Below, one piece after another: positions 18,916 to 29,640 of a DNA stretch of 64,000 bases. Origin of the DNA: Chloroflexota bacterium. Its GTDB lineage: Bacteria; Chloroflexota; Limnocylindria; Limnocylindrales; CSP1-4. The first letter of the stretch is position 1; every line of letters starts with the position of its first letter. The stretch covers positions 36,542 through 100,541 of the forward strand of contig PLLE01000043.1 in NCBI GenBank assembly GCA_003141245.1, read 5' to 3'. The notes beneath the pieces were generated by a model. The model was not told where the DNA came from. It worked only from the letters and a program-made list of their open reading frames with translations, and ran no database searches. Made by a program: the position numbers and the translations under genes.

Positions 18916-20664
18916 TCAGTACGTCCGCGGCTTCGGCTCGAAGCGGGTGATCGAGACCGGTTTGTACTTGAGAGTCGGCCCCTTCGGCCCCTTGTAGGCG
19001 AGGGTGTGCTTCAGCCACCCGGCGTCGTTTCGCTCGGGGAAGTCTTCGCGCGAATGGGCTCCGCGACTCTCGGTCCTGGCCAGGGCGGAGGCGACCATGA
19101 CCTCGGCCAGATCGAGCAGGTAGCCCAGCTCGTTGGCCTCGAGAAGATCGGTGTTGAAGACCGCGCCGCAGTCGCCGATCGAGACGGCGCCGTTGCGGTC
19201 CTTGAGCTCGCGGACCTTGGCCAGGGCGCCGGTCAGAAGCTTGCCGTCGCGATAGACGCCGACGTTGTCCATCATCACGTCCTGGAGCTCCTTGCGGATG
19301 ACGGCCACCGACTCGCCGCCCGCCTGGCGGCCCCGGATCGCCTCCAGCTCGGCTCGCACCGGCTCCACCGCGTCGGCGATCGGCCGCGGTCGCTCGACCG
19401 AGCCCGCATGGCGCGCCATTTGACGCCCGGCTCGCCGGCCGAAGACCAGCAGGTCCACGAGCGAGTTGGTCCCGAGCCGGTTGGCTCCGTGGACGCTGAC
19501 GCAGGCGCATTCGCCCGCGGCGAAGAGTCCCGGCACCACTGTGCCCTTGTCGTCGCGCACGACCTCGGAGAAGACATTGGTAGGAATGCCGCCCATGGCG
19601 TAGTGAGCGGTGGGCTGAACCGGCACCGGCTCCTTGAGCGGCTCGACGCCCTGGTAGATGCGGGCGAAGTCGGTGATGTCGGGCAACTTCTCCTCGATGA
19701 CCTTGCGGCCGAGATGCCGGACGTCGAGGTAGAGGTAGTCCTTGCCGCCGATGCCCCGGCCGGCACGGATCTCCTGGTACATCGCCCGACTGACCATGTC
19801 GCGTGGGGCCAGCTCCATCAGCTTGGGCGCATAGTTCGACATGAAGCGCTCGCCCTTGTCGTTGAGGAGCGTGCCGCCCTCGCCGCGGGCCGCTTCGGAG
19901 AGAAGGATGCCGATGCCGACTATCCCGGTCGGGTGGAACTGGAAGAACTCCATGTCCTGGATCGGGATGCCGTGGCGGTAGCACAGCGCGACGCCGTCGC
20001 CGGTGAGGCTGTGGGCATTGGACGTGATCCTGAACATCCGCCCGAAACCGCCGGTCGCCAGCAGGACTGCCTTGGCCCGGAAGGTGTGGAGCTGCCCGTC
20101 GGCGACCCTGTAGGCCACGACCCCGGCGGCGCGGCCGCCCTGGGCTGGCTCGCCGCCCTCGAAGAGCAAGTCCACGACCTGGTACTCGTCGAAGAACTTG
20201 ACGCCGTGCTTGATGCACTGCTGGTAGAGCGTCTGCAGGATCATGTGGCCGGTCCTGTCGGCCGCGAAACAGGCCCGCCGAACGGGCGCCTCGCCGTAGT
20301 TGCTGGTATGACCGCCGAATCGCCGCTGGTCGATCTTGCCGTCCGGCGTGCGGTTGAACGGCAGGCCCATGTGCTCGAGCTCGATGACGGTCTCGATGGC
20401 CTCGCGGGCGAGCACTTCGGCGGCATCCTGGTCGACGAGGTAGTCGCCGCCCTTGACCGTGTCGAACATGTGCCACTCCCAGTGGTCCTCCTCGAGGTTG
20501 CCGAGAGCGGCGCAGACACCGCCCTGGGCGGTTCCGGTGTGGGAGCGGGTCGGGTAGAGCTTCGTCAGGACGGCGGTGTTGACGCCTTCGCGGGCCAGCT
20601 CGAGGGCGGCCCACAGACCGGCTCCGCCGGCGCCGACGACGATCGCATCGAACGGGTAGTCCAT
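18916..20664 (-). CDS. sdhA: Succinate dehydrogenase flavoprotein
   Basis: GAGGAG, RSHTGTAQGG, QFHPTG, HYAMGG, HGANRLGTNSL. Confidence 0.97.
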   Translation of the reverse strand: MDYPFDAIVVGAGGAGLWAALELAREGVNTAVLTKLYPTRSHTGTAQGGVCAALGNLEEDHWEWHMFDTVKGGDYLVDQDAAEVLAREAIETVIELEHMGLPFNRTPDGKIDQRRFGGHTSNYGEAPVRRACFAADRTGHMILQTLYQQCIKHGVKFFDEYQVVDLLFEGGEPAQGGRAAGVVAYRVADGQLHTFRAKAVLLATGGFGRMFRITSNAHSLTGDGVALCYRHGIPIQDMEFFQFHPTGIVGIGILLSEAARGEGGTLLNDKGERFMSNYAPKLMELAPRDMVSRAMYQEIRAGRGIGGKDYLYLDVRHLGRKVIEEKLPDITDFARIYQGVEPLKEPVPVQPTAHYAMGGIPTNVFSEVVRDDKGTVVPGLFAAGECACVSVHGANRLGTNSLVDLLVFGRRAGRQMARHAGSVERPRPIADAVEPVRAELEAIRGRQAGGESVAVIRKELQDVMMDNVGVYRDGKLLTGALAKVRELKDRNGAVSIGDCGAVFNTDLLEANELGYLLDLAEVMVASALARTESRGAHSREDFPERNDAGWLKHTLAYKGPKGPTLKYKPVSITRFEPKPRTY

Positions 20665-20666
20665 CT

Positions 20667-21059
20667 CTACTTCCCCAACGGAAGCGGGACGGACATGACG
20701 ACGATCGTGCCCATGACGAAGATCACGGCGCCGACCAGGTAGAGCGTCGCCAGAGCGAGGGTTCGGCGACCGCCCTTGAGGTAGTCCATGGTCACAGTCC
20801 GCAGGCCGAGGAATCCATGGAGGACGACCATCATCAGCAACAGCCAGTCGAAGCCGCGCCAGAAGAGGCTGTTCCAGCGCTGATTGAAGATCCAGGTGCT
20901 GGTCTGCTGCGACGGATCGAAGACGAAATGCTGCAGGCTGAAGTGGACCAGGGCCAGGGCGAAGAGCGCCACACCCGAGAGCCGCATGAAGTACCAGGCC
21001 GCCAGCTCAAAGCCACCGCTTTGCGGTCGGGGCCGGCCGGAGCGCGAATACAGTGCCAT
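20667..21059 (-). CDS. sdhD: Succinate dehydrogenase membrane anchor
   Basis: WYFMRLSG, HGFLGLR; 3 TM; operon position. Confidence 0.9.
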   Translation of the reverse strand: MALYSRSGRPRPQSGGFELAAWYFMRLSGVALFALALVHFSLQHFVFDPSQQTSTWIFNQRWNSLFWRGFDWLLLMMVVLHGFLGLRTVTMDYLKGGRRTLALATLYLVGAVIFVMGTIVVMSVPLPLGK

Positions 21060-21071
21060 CTCGACGCTCCT

Positions 21072-21434
21072 CTACAGGCCCAGAGCCGGGCGCATGATGA
21101 TGAAGGCGCCGGGCAGACCCAGGCCGACGAAGATCGCCCAGTTGGCGTACCACATTTGCTTGTGGTACGCGGTCAGCGACGGCCAGAGGTCCATCAGCAT
21201 GATCCGGATGCCGTTGAGGGCGTGGTATAGAAGCGCCGCGCCGAGCAAGACCTCCATGATTCGGCCCGGCGTGCTGGCGTAGAACTTGAGGATGTCGTCG
21301 TACACGTTCGGGTTGCCGCCGGCCAGGTAGATGTCCAGGACGTGGAGCAGCACGAAGAGCCAGATGGCGATCCCCGAGATGCGGTGGAAGGCCCAGGCCA
21401 CCATCCCCTCGGAGCCGCGATAGCGGAGCAGCAT
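21072..21434 (-). CDS. sdhC: Succinate dehydrogenase cytochrome b556 subunit
   Basis: AWAFHRISG, YHALNGIR. Confidence 0.92.
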   Translation of the reverse strand: MLLRYRGSEGMVAWAFHRISGIAIWLFVLLHVLDIYLAGGNPNVYDDILKFYASTPGRIMEVLLGAALLYHALNGIRIMLMDLWPSLTAYHKQMWYANWAIFVGLGLPGAFIIMRPALGL

Positions 21435-21496
21435 GCAGCCTCCCGAACCTTCTTCGACCGGCTCAACCGATCCCTGCTTACGACGCTTGCGACCGA

Positions 21497-22519
21497 TCAG
21501 GCCGTGGCGGCCACCGATTCCAGGCGGGCGACGATGGCGTGGGCGAACTCTCTTGTGCCGGCGGAGCCGCCGAGATCGTAGGTCACGGTGCGGCCCTCAG
21601 CGATGACCGCCCGTATGGCGTCCTCCACGCGCTCGGCCGCGGCCTGCTCGCCGATGTGGCGGAGCAGCAGCACGCCCGAGAGCATCAGTGCGGTTGGATT
21701 GGCCTTGTTCTGGCCCGCGTACTTGGGGGCGGAGCCGTGGACAGCCTCGAAGACCGCAGCGTCGGCGCCGATGTTGGCCCCGGGTGCGACTCCCAGTCCG
21801 CCGACGAGCCCGGCGGCCAGATCGCTCACGATGTCGCCGTACAGGTTCGGCAGGAGGAGCACGTCGTAGAGCTCGGGCTTCTGTACGAGCTGCATGCACA
21901 TGTTGTCGACGATGCGGTCCTCGAAGGCGATTTTGCCCTCGTACTGCGCGGCTATGGTCCTGCAGCTCTCCAGGAAGAGACCGTCGGAGAACTTCATGAT
22001 GTTGGCCTTGTGAACGGCAGTGACCTTGCGGCGACCGTTCGCGACGGCGTACTCGAATGCGAAGCGCGCGATCCGCTCGGAGGCGGCCCGGGTGATGATC
22101 TTGATGCTCTCGGCGGCATCCGGCCCGACCATGTGCTCGATGCCGGCGTAGAGGTCCTCGGTGTTCTCGCGCACGATGACCAGGTCAACGCCCTCGTAGC
22201 GGGTCTTGAGGCCCGGCATCGAGCGCACCGGCCGAAGGTTCGCGTACAGGCCAAGCGTCTGGCGCAGAGCCACATTGACGGACCGGAAGCCCACCCCGAC
22301 CGGAGTGGTGATGGGTCCCTTGATGGCTACCTTGTTGCGCAGAATCGAGTCGAGGACGGACTGCGGAAGCGGAGTCCCCTCTTTCTCCATGACCGCCTCG
22401 CCGGCGTCGACGACCTCCCAATCGAGCTTGACTCCCGAGGCGTCGAGGACTCGCCTGGTTGCCTCGGCCAGTTCGGGGCCGATCCCGTCTCCCGGAATGA
22501 GCGTCACTGTTAGGGCCAT
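21497..22519 (-). CDS. icd: Isocitrate/isopropylmalate dehydrogenase family, probably isocitrate dehydrogenase
   Basis: [40 protein letters not shown]; flanked by sdh and sucCD. ATG 22519 lies 7 nt after TAGAAT. Confidence 0.88.
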   Translation of the reverse strand: MALTVTLIPGDGIGPELAEATRRVLDASGVKLDWEVVDAGEAVMEKEGTPLPQSVLDSILRNKVAIKGPITTPVGVGFRSVNVALRQTLGLYANLRPVRSMPGLKTRYEGVDLVIVRENTEDLYAGIEHMVGPDAAESIKIITRAASERIARFAFEYAVANGRRKVTAVHKANIMKFSDGLFLESCRTIAAQYEGKIAFEDRIVDNMCMQLVQKPELYDVLLLPNLYGDIVSDLAAGLVGGLGVAPGANIGADAAVFEAVHGSAPKYAGQNKANPTALMLSGVLLLRHIGEQAAAERVEDAIRAVIAEGRTVTYDLGGSAGTREFAHAIVARLESVAATA

Positions 22520-22694
22520 GGGCGGAATTCTAGCCACAAGCCGAGGGGTCTGGCAGCCTGCCCGATAGAGTGGCGGAACGCGGAGACAGCCCGACGCCAT
22601 TCGGGCGGCCTCCTGCTAGGATCGGCCCATTACAAGAGGGCCACGGGCAGATCCGATACCGCCCCTCGTCTGGCAGACATCGGGAGTGGCCTGC

Positions 22695-23869
<1,175 letters not shown>

Positions 23870-23873
<4 letters not shown>

Positions 23874-24754
23874 GCATCCTCGTCGGGCGCGACACGCGCC
23901 TAGTGGTCCAGGGCATCACTGGTCGAGAGGGCGAGTTCCACACCCGTGCGGCGATCGCATACGGGACGAAAGTCGTTGCCGGCACGCGGCCGGGCAAGGG
24001 CGGCCAGACCGCCATCGACGGCACCGTGCCGATCTTCGACACGGTCGTCGAGGCAGTGAACCAGGCCGGCGCCAACACCTCGATCATCTACATCCCCGCC
24101 AACGGCGCTCCGGACGCGGTCCTCGAGTCGGTCGATGCCGGCATCAAGACGATCGTCTGCATCACCGAAGGCATACCTGCGCTCGACATGATCCCGGTCG
24201 TCGAGGCAGTCCGCCGCGCGGGAGCGCAGCTGATCGGGCCCAACTGCCCCGGCGTCACCTCGCCAGGGCGGGCGAAGGTGGGCATCATCCCGGCTTCCAT
24301 CCACAAACCCGGTCGCGTGGGCGTCGTCTCGCGCTCGGGCACGCTCACTTACGAAGCCGTGCAGGCGATGACCGATGCCGGGCTCGGACAGTCCAGCTGC
24401 GTGGGCATCGGCGGTGACCCGATCATAGGCACCACTTTCCTCGACGTGCTCAAGCTCTTCCGCGACGACCCGGAGACCGACGCGATCGTGATGATCGGTG
24501 AGATCGGCGGGTCTGCGGAGGAGGAGGCGGCCGCCTTCGCCGCCGAGCACCTCAAGGGCATCCCGATGGCCGCCTTCATCGCGGGCCGGACGGCGCCCCC
24601 GGGACGGCGCATGGGCCATGCCGGCGCGATCATCTCGGGCGGCACTGGAACCGCGGCGGAGAAGATCGCCGCGCTCGAGGCCGCCGGCGTTCGCGTGGCA
24701 GACTCCCCGACTCAGCTGCCCAGGCTGCTTCTCGAGGCCGGCTACCGGCCGTAA
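23870..24754 (+). CDS. sucD: Succinyl-CoA synthetase alpha subunit
   Basis: [33 protein letters not shown]. Confidence 0.97.
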
Positions 24755-24864
24755 TCCCGGCTCGGACGCCCGTCAAAGAGATTCGTGCGGCCCATGAATG
24801 GCATCGCAGCGCTGGATGACCTGATCGATTGCGAGGAATTCGGGTGTCTGGCAGGTTGTTCGGG

Positions 24865-25329
24865 CTAGTAGCCCAGCCTCGCCCAGGCCGGGCCGCCGGG
24901 AGCTTCGATCAACTCGACCAGAACCCCGTGGCAGCTCTTCGGGTGGACGAAGGCGACCGGCCCTTCGGCCCCTTTACGGGCGGTCCCGTCGATGAGCTGG
25001 AGCCCGTCGGCAGCGAGCTTGTCGAGCGCCGCCTGGATATCGGGGACCTCGAAGCAGACGTGGTGGAACCCCTCGCCCTTCGATTCGAGGAACCTGGCCG
25101 CGCCCGTCGTGTCGTCGTTCGGCGCAACGAGTTCGATCTTGACTTCGCCCACCGGCAGGAAGCCGATCGTCACGCGGTCATACGGGATCGGCATGACCGT
25201 CTCTACCGTAAGCCCGAGCTTGTCGCGGTAGAGCTCGAGCGCGGCGTCGAGGTCGCGCACGATGACGGCGACGTGGTGGATCTTGCCGATCCCCAGGCCT
25301 TCGGGCAGGACGGACTTGAGCTGATCCAT
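24865..25329 (-). CDS. mce: Methylmalonyl-CoA epimerase (VOC family)
   Basis: IHHVAVIV, KIELV, GEGFHHVCFEV, AFVHPKSCHGVLVEL; SD AGGAG; adjacent to the mutase. Confidence 0.92.
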   Translation of the reverse strand: MDQLKSVLPEGLGIGKIHHVAVIVRDLDAALELYRDKLGLTVETVMPIPYDRVTIGFLPVGEVKIELVAPNDDTTGAARFLESKGEGFHHVCFEVPDIQAALDKLAADGLQLIDGTARKGAEGPVAFVHPKSCHGVLVELIEAPGGPAWARLGY

Positions 25330-25363
25330 GACACTCCTGCAACCTTCGAGACGGGTGACAGAC

Positions 25364-25377
25364 CGAACAGGCGTTCG
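25364..25377. promoter_or_regulatory. Candidate LexA (SOS) box
   Basis: CGAACAGGCGTTCG matches the CGAAC-RNRY-GTTCG consensus exactly; intergenic, about 35 nt upstream of mce. Confidence 0.5.
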
Positions 25378-25477
25378 ATATATGGTGGGCGGCGCGACCG
25401 TATGGCCCGGCCAATGGTACGAAAACGACGGGTGCGCGCGCCAGATCGTCCGTCGAGTCGGCACTGGGCATTCTGTA

Positions 25478-25538
25478 TGGCAGCTGCTGACAGCTGCCAG
25501 GTTCCGGCACGGCAGCTGGTGGCAGCTATTCCAGCTGC
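25478..25538. repeat. CAGCTG-rich double hairpin downstream of the mutase; possible terminator or processing site
   Basis: tggcagctg-ctga-cagctgcca and gcagctgg-tggcagctatt-ccagctgc; five CAGCT(G/A) units. Confidence 0.55.
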
Positions 25539-25565
25539 GAAGAAGACTCCACTCCCCCACTCGCC

Positions 25566-27269
25566 TCAGACGGTGATCAGCTCGTGGTGCTCACCCCAGA
25601 CCTCGCGCAGTCGGTCGCAGATCTCGCCGACCGTGGCATACGCCTTCACCGCCTCGATCATGGGCGGCAGCAGGTTCTCCTCGCCACGGGCGCATTCCTC
25701 GAGCCGGCGCAGGGCCGCCTTCCATGCCACGGCATCGCGCTCCGCCCTTACCTTCTGGACGCGGGCCACCTGGCGGAGCTCGCCCTCCGGATCGATGCGC
25801 TGAAGCGGCGGCGTGGACGTTTCCTCGTCGCGGAACTTGTTGACGCCGACGACCACCTTCCGGCCGCTCTCCACAGCTCGCTGAACCTGGTATGACGACT
25901 CCTGGATCTGGCGCTGCTGGTAGCCGGCCTCGATTGCGGCGAGGGTGCCTCCGAGCGCGTCGATCTCGGCCAGGTAGTCGTTGGCGGCCTTCTCGAGGTC
26001 GTTCGTCAAAGACTCGACGTAGTAGCTGCCGGCGAGCGGGTCCGGCGTCTCGGTCACTCCCGACTCGTAGGCCAGGATCTGCTGGGTGCGAAGCGCGAGA
26101 CGCGCGGCCTCCGCTGTGGGCAGCGCCAGGGCTTCGTCGCGAGAGTTGGTGTGGAGGCTCTGGGCCCCCCCCAGGACCGCGGCCAGAGCCTGGACCGTGG
26201 TCCGGACCACGTTGTTGTCGATCGACTGGGCCGTGAGCGACGAGCCGGCGGTCTGGACGTGATAACGGCACGCCATCGAACGGGTGTTCGTGGCGCCGAA
26301 ACGCTCCTTCACGATCCGAGCCCACATCCGGCGTGCGGCTCGGAACTTGGCCACTTCCTCGAAGAGCTCACTCCACGAGGCGAAGAAGAAGCTCAGCCGG
26401 TCGGCGAATTCGTCGATGTCGAGGCCACGGCTGAGGGCAGCCTCGACGTACGCGATGCCATCGGCGAGGGTGAAGGCCAACTCCTGGGCGGCGGTGGCTC
26501 CGGCCTCACGCATGTGGTAGCCGCTGATGCTGATGGTATTCCAGCGCGGCAGCTCCTTCGAGCAGAACTCGAAGATGTCAGTCACGAGCCGCATCGAGGG
26601 CCGCGGCGGGAAGATGTACGTTCCCCGGGCGATGTACTCCTTGAGGATGTCGTTCTGGGTAGTGCCGCTGACCTGGCCTCGGGCAACGCCCTGTTTCTCG
26701 GCCGCGGCGACGTAGAGGGCCAACAGGACCGCGGCCGATGCGTTTATGGTCATGGACGTGCTGACCGTGCCGAGGGGCAGCCCGTCGAGGAGAACCTCCA
26801 TGTCGGCCAGCGAGTTGACCGGCACGCCCACCCGTCCGACCTCGCCCTCGGACTGGGGGGCGTCGGAGTCGTAGCCCAGCTGGGTCGGGAGATCGAAGGC
26901 GACCGAAAGGCCGGTCTGACCCTGCTCGAGGAGATAGCGGAACCGGCGGTTGGTCTCCTCGGCCGTGGAGAATCCCGCGTACTGGCGCATGGTCCACAGG
27001 CGTCCCCGATACATGGTCGGCTGGACGCCGCGGGTGTAGGGGTACTCGCCCGGGCGGCCCAGGTCGCGATCCTGGTCGAGGCCGGCCACGTCGGCCGGGG
27101 TGTAGAGATCCTTGACCTCGACGCCGGAGGTGGTCAGGAAGCGCTCCTGGCGTTCGGGCGAGCGGGCGAGCGCCTTCGCCCGCGTGGTGGAGCGCCACCG
27201 CTCCCGGCCCGGATCGGCCGCCGATCCGTCGTTCGCTCCGGCCTTGGGTGTCCCATGGTCCTCCGACAC
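25566..27269 (-). CDS. Methylmalonyl-CoA mutase, substrate-binding (large) subunit
   Basis: YTRG...[44 protein letters not shown]. The Tyr/Arg specificity residues fit methylmalonyl-CoA. No DxHxxG B12-binding domain. SD GGAGG before GTG 27269. Confidence 0.92.
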   Translation of the reverse strand: MSEDHGTPKAGANDGSAADPGRERWRSTTRAKALARSPERQERFLTTSGVEVKDLYTPADVAGLDQDRDLGRPGEYPYTRGVQPTMYRGRLWTMRQYAGFSTAEETNRRFRYLLEQGQTGLSVAFDLPTQLGYDSDAPQSEGEVGRVGVPVNSLADMEVLLDGLPLGTVSTSMTINASAAVLLALYVAAAEKQGVARGQVSGTTQNDILKEYIARGTYIFPPRPSMRLVTDIFEFCSKELPRWNTISISGYHMREAGATAAQELAFTLADGIAYVEAALSRGLDIDEFADRLSFFFASWSELFEEVAKFRAARRMWARIVKERFGATNTRSMACRYHVQTAGSSLTAQSIDNNVVRTTVQALAAVLGGAQSLHTNSRDEALALPTAEAARLALRTQQILAYESGVTETPDPLAGSYYVESLTNDLEKAANDYLAEIDALGGTLAAIEAGYQQRQIQESSYQVQRAVESGRKVVVGVNKFRDEETSTPPLQRIDPEGELRQVARVQKVRAERDAVAWKAALRRLEECARGEENLLPPMIEAVKAYATVGEICDRLREVWGEHHELITV

Positions 27270-27518
27270 TTGCCGCTTCCTCCAGCAATGCCCAGCCGCC
27301 GATCGCACACACGTACCGGTGGATGATGGCACGGACCCGGGTCGGCCCGCCAGTCTATTCCCCGAAGGACGCCTGGGTGACGGTCGTTCGTGCCGCTTGG
27401 GTGAAGGCACGGTACATCTGGGGCCTCCGTCAAGAGCCCTCCCCTAGCCCGGCTGTCTTTGCGCAAGGACGATCAACTGTGATCGCGGCGCCGATCTGGC
27501 TTGGCGCGAGGTCCGCAT

Positions 27519-27599
27519 TGCGCATAACTCGTTCGGGGGTGGATTAGATCCGCTGCTTATCCACAGAATCGGTGAACAACTCCAAAGTCGTGTGGATAA
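27519..27599. promoter_or_regulatory. DnaA-box cluster
   Basis: Perfect TTATCCACA (27557-27565) and TGTGGATAA (27591-27599), plus degenerate boxes at 27519, 27538 and 27571. Confidence 0.7.
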
Positions 27600-27710
27600 G
27601 CTCGGCCGCGGGCGACGGGCTGCGGTAGCATCTTGACACCACTCCGCCTTCCCGGCCCCTCAGAATCGAACCGTCGCGAGACCCAGCGCTCAGTCCGAGG
27701 TGACACTCAG

Positions 27711-28478
27711 GTGGCCATTGTTATCGCGATCGCAAACCAGAAGGGTGGCGTCGGGAAGACGACCACCGCCATCAATCTGGCAGGCGCGCTCGCGGAGCAT
27801 GACCTGCGCGTGTTGTGCGTGGACATGGATGCCCAGGCCAACCTGACGGTCGGGCTCGGGATCAACCTGACGACCGTCGAGAACTCGATGGCGAACGTGC
27901 TGGGTGATCCAAGGATTAGTCTGCGGGAGATCGTGATCTCGACCGAGACTCCCAACATAGACGTCGCCCCTGCCACCCTCGATCTTGCCTCGACAGAGGT
28001 CGACCTCCTGAGCACGATCGGCCGCGAGTACGCCCTCGCCGAGGCAATCGACGACTGGGCTCGGGGCCACTACGACTACATCCTCATCGACTGCCCACCG
28101 ACGCTGGGCCTGCTCACGATCAACGGCCTGGTGGCGGCCAACGGGGTGATCATCCCCGTTCAAACCCAGTACTACGCCCTCAAGGGCCTGGCGGCCCTGG
28201 TCAAGGTCATCGCCACGATCCGCTCCAAGCTGAACAAGGACCTGCGGGTCATGGGTCTGCTTCCTACCTTCCACGACCCCCGCACCGTACTGGGCCGTGA
28301 GATGCTCGAAGAGATGCGGGAGCACACGGAGAACCACGTCTTCCAGACGATCATCCGTAACGCCGTCAAGCTCGGCGAGGCCCCTCTCACCGGCCGCCCC
28401 ATCACCGAGTACGCCAGCGGCTCGGATGCCGCCAACAACTTCCGAGAGCTCGCCAAGGAGGTAATCGCACTTGGCTAG
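27711..28478 (+). CDS. parA: ParA/Soj family ATPase
   Basis: NQKGGVGKTTT, DMDAQANLT, IDCPPTLG, IPVQ; SD GAGGTG. Confidence 0.93.
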   Translation: MAIVIAIANQKGGVGKTTTAINLAGALAEHDLRVLCVDMDAQANLTVGLGINLTTVENSMANVLGDPRISLREIVISTETPNIDVAPATLDLASTEVDLLSTIGREYALAEAIDDWARGHYDYILIDCPPTLGLLTINGLVAANGVIIPVQTQYYALKGLAALVKVIATIRSKLNKDLRVMGLLPTFHDPRTVLGREMLEEMREHTENHVFQTIIRNAVKLGEAPLTGRPITEYASGSDAANNFRELAKEVIALG

Positions 28479-29490
28479 GCCAGATTTCCGGGCCGCCGCC
28501 TCTGCTCGCCTGAACGAGGAGCGAGGCCAGGAGCTCTCACACAATGTCCTCAGCCTCTTGCACGCCGATGAGACGACCGTCATCCGGCCGTCCGCGGTCC
28601 GGAACATCCCCGTCGACCGGGTAGATCCGAACCCAAACCAGCCGCGCCTGGCGATGGACCAAACGAACCTGGACGAGCTCACCTCGTCCGTCAAGCAACA
28701 CGGCGTCCTCCAGCCGATCCTGGTCCGTCCGTTGCCTGCCGGTCGCTACCAGATAGTCGCGGGCGAGCGTCGCTGGCGCGCCGCCACAGCCGCGGGCCTC
28801 AAAGAGATTCCCGCCCTGATCGAGGAGATCGACGACGACACGGCCCTCGAGATCGCAATCATCGAGAACCTCCAGCGCGAGGACCTCTCCCCGATCGACG
28901 AGGCTCAGATCTACGACAAGATGATTCGCCAGCACGGCTACAGCATCCGCAAGCTGGCCCAGAAACTCGGCAAGGACAAGGGCTATCTGGAGAACCGCCT
29001 CCGCCTGGCCGATGCCCCGCCGGAGGTACGCGAGCTGGTGTCTGTGCGCAAAGACACCCTCTCCCACGCCTACGAACTGCTCAAGGTCGCGGACCCTCGG
29101 AAGCGTAAGAAGCTGGCCGACATGGTCGCCCGCGGCGAGCTCTCGTTAGTCAAGCTGCGCGAACAGATTGGCGAGACGCCCCGGGCCAAGCGCGCCGGCA
29201 AGACCGACTCCACCGAGGCCAGCCCCGCGGGCGCCGTCGAGGACACGACCGACGTCGAAGCCAACCGGTTGGGGAGCGGCCCCAAACGTTTGCTCACCGA
29301 CGACTCGCTGATTGACGTCCGGGCTCAGCTCGCCGACGCCATTAGCGAGCTGATCTCCGTCATCCAGTCGGATGTGATGAAGTCGATCGACGACACCGAC
29401 CGCCAGAACCTGGCCAAGTTCCTGATGATCTCCCGCGTCCGGCTCGAGAACGCCACCACGCTCGTCCGGCGTGGCAGCTCCGATCACTGA
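28471..29490 (+). CDS. parB: ParB/Spo0J family CTPase with an atypical HTH and C-terminus
   Basis: PNPNQPR, GVLQPILVR, AGERRWRA, IENLQREDLSPIDEA; SD AAGGAGGT and TTG start. Confidence 0.9.
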   Translation: MARPDFRAAASARLNEERGQELSHNVLSLLHADETTVIRPSAVRNIPVDRVDPNPNQPRLAMDQTNLDELTSSVKQHGVLQPILVRPLPAGRYQIVAGERRWRAATAAGLKEIPALIEEIDDDTALEIAIIENLQREDLSPIDEAQIYDKMIRQHGYSIRKLAQKLGKDKGYLENRLRLADAPPEVRELVSVRKDTLSHAYELLKVADPRKRKKLADMVARGELSLVKLREQIGETPRAKRAGKTDSTEASPAGAVEDTTDVEANRLGSGPKRLLTDDSLIDVRAQLADAISELISVIQSDVMKSIDDTDRQNLAKFLMISRVRLENATTLVRRGSSDH

Positions 29491-29640
29491 CCGGCGGCAC
29501 GGCTCAGGCGTCAGCGTGGCCCTGCTCTGGCACCGCACCCTTCGGGCCCGCCCCTGGGGATCCCCCCGCAGCTCCGCTCCAAGCAGCCACCGTCCGCACC
29601 ACAACACACCGCACCGGACGACTCGACGATCCGCGACGAC

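Noticed and set aside
27270-27480. Cobalamin riboswitch upstream of the mutase
   Set aside because: The core elements (CGGTG..CCG, ACTGT, GCCACTG, GGGAAG, AGACC) are not present in order.
27481-27710. Calling this region oriC
   Set aside because: Only two perfect boxes, no AT-rich unwinding element and no origin-linked genes; kept as a DnaA-box cluster only.
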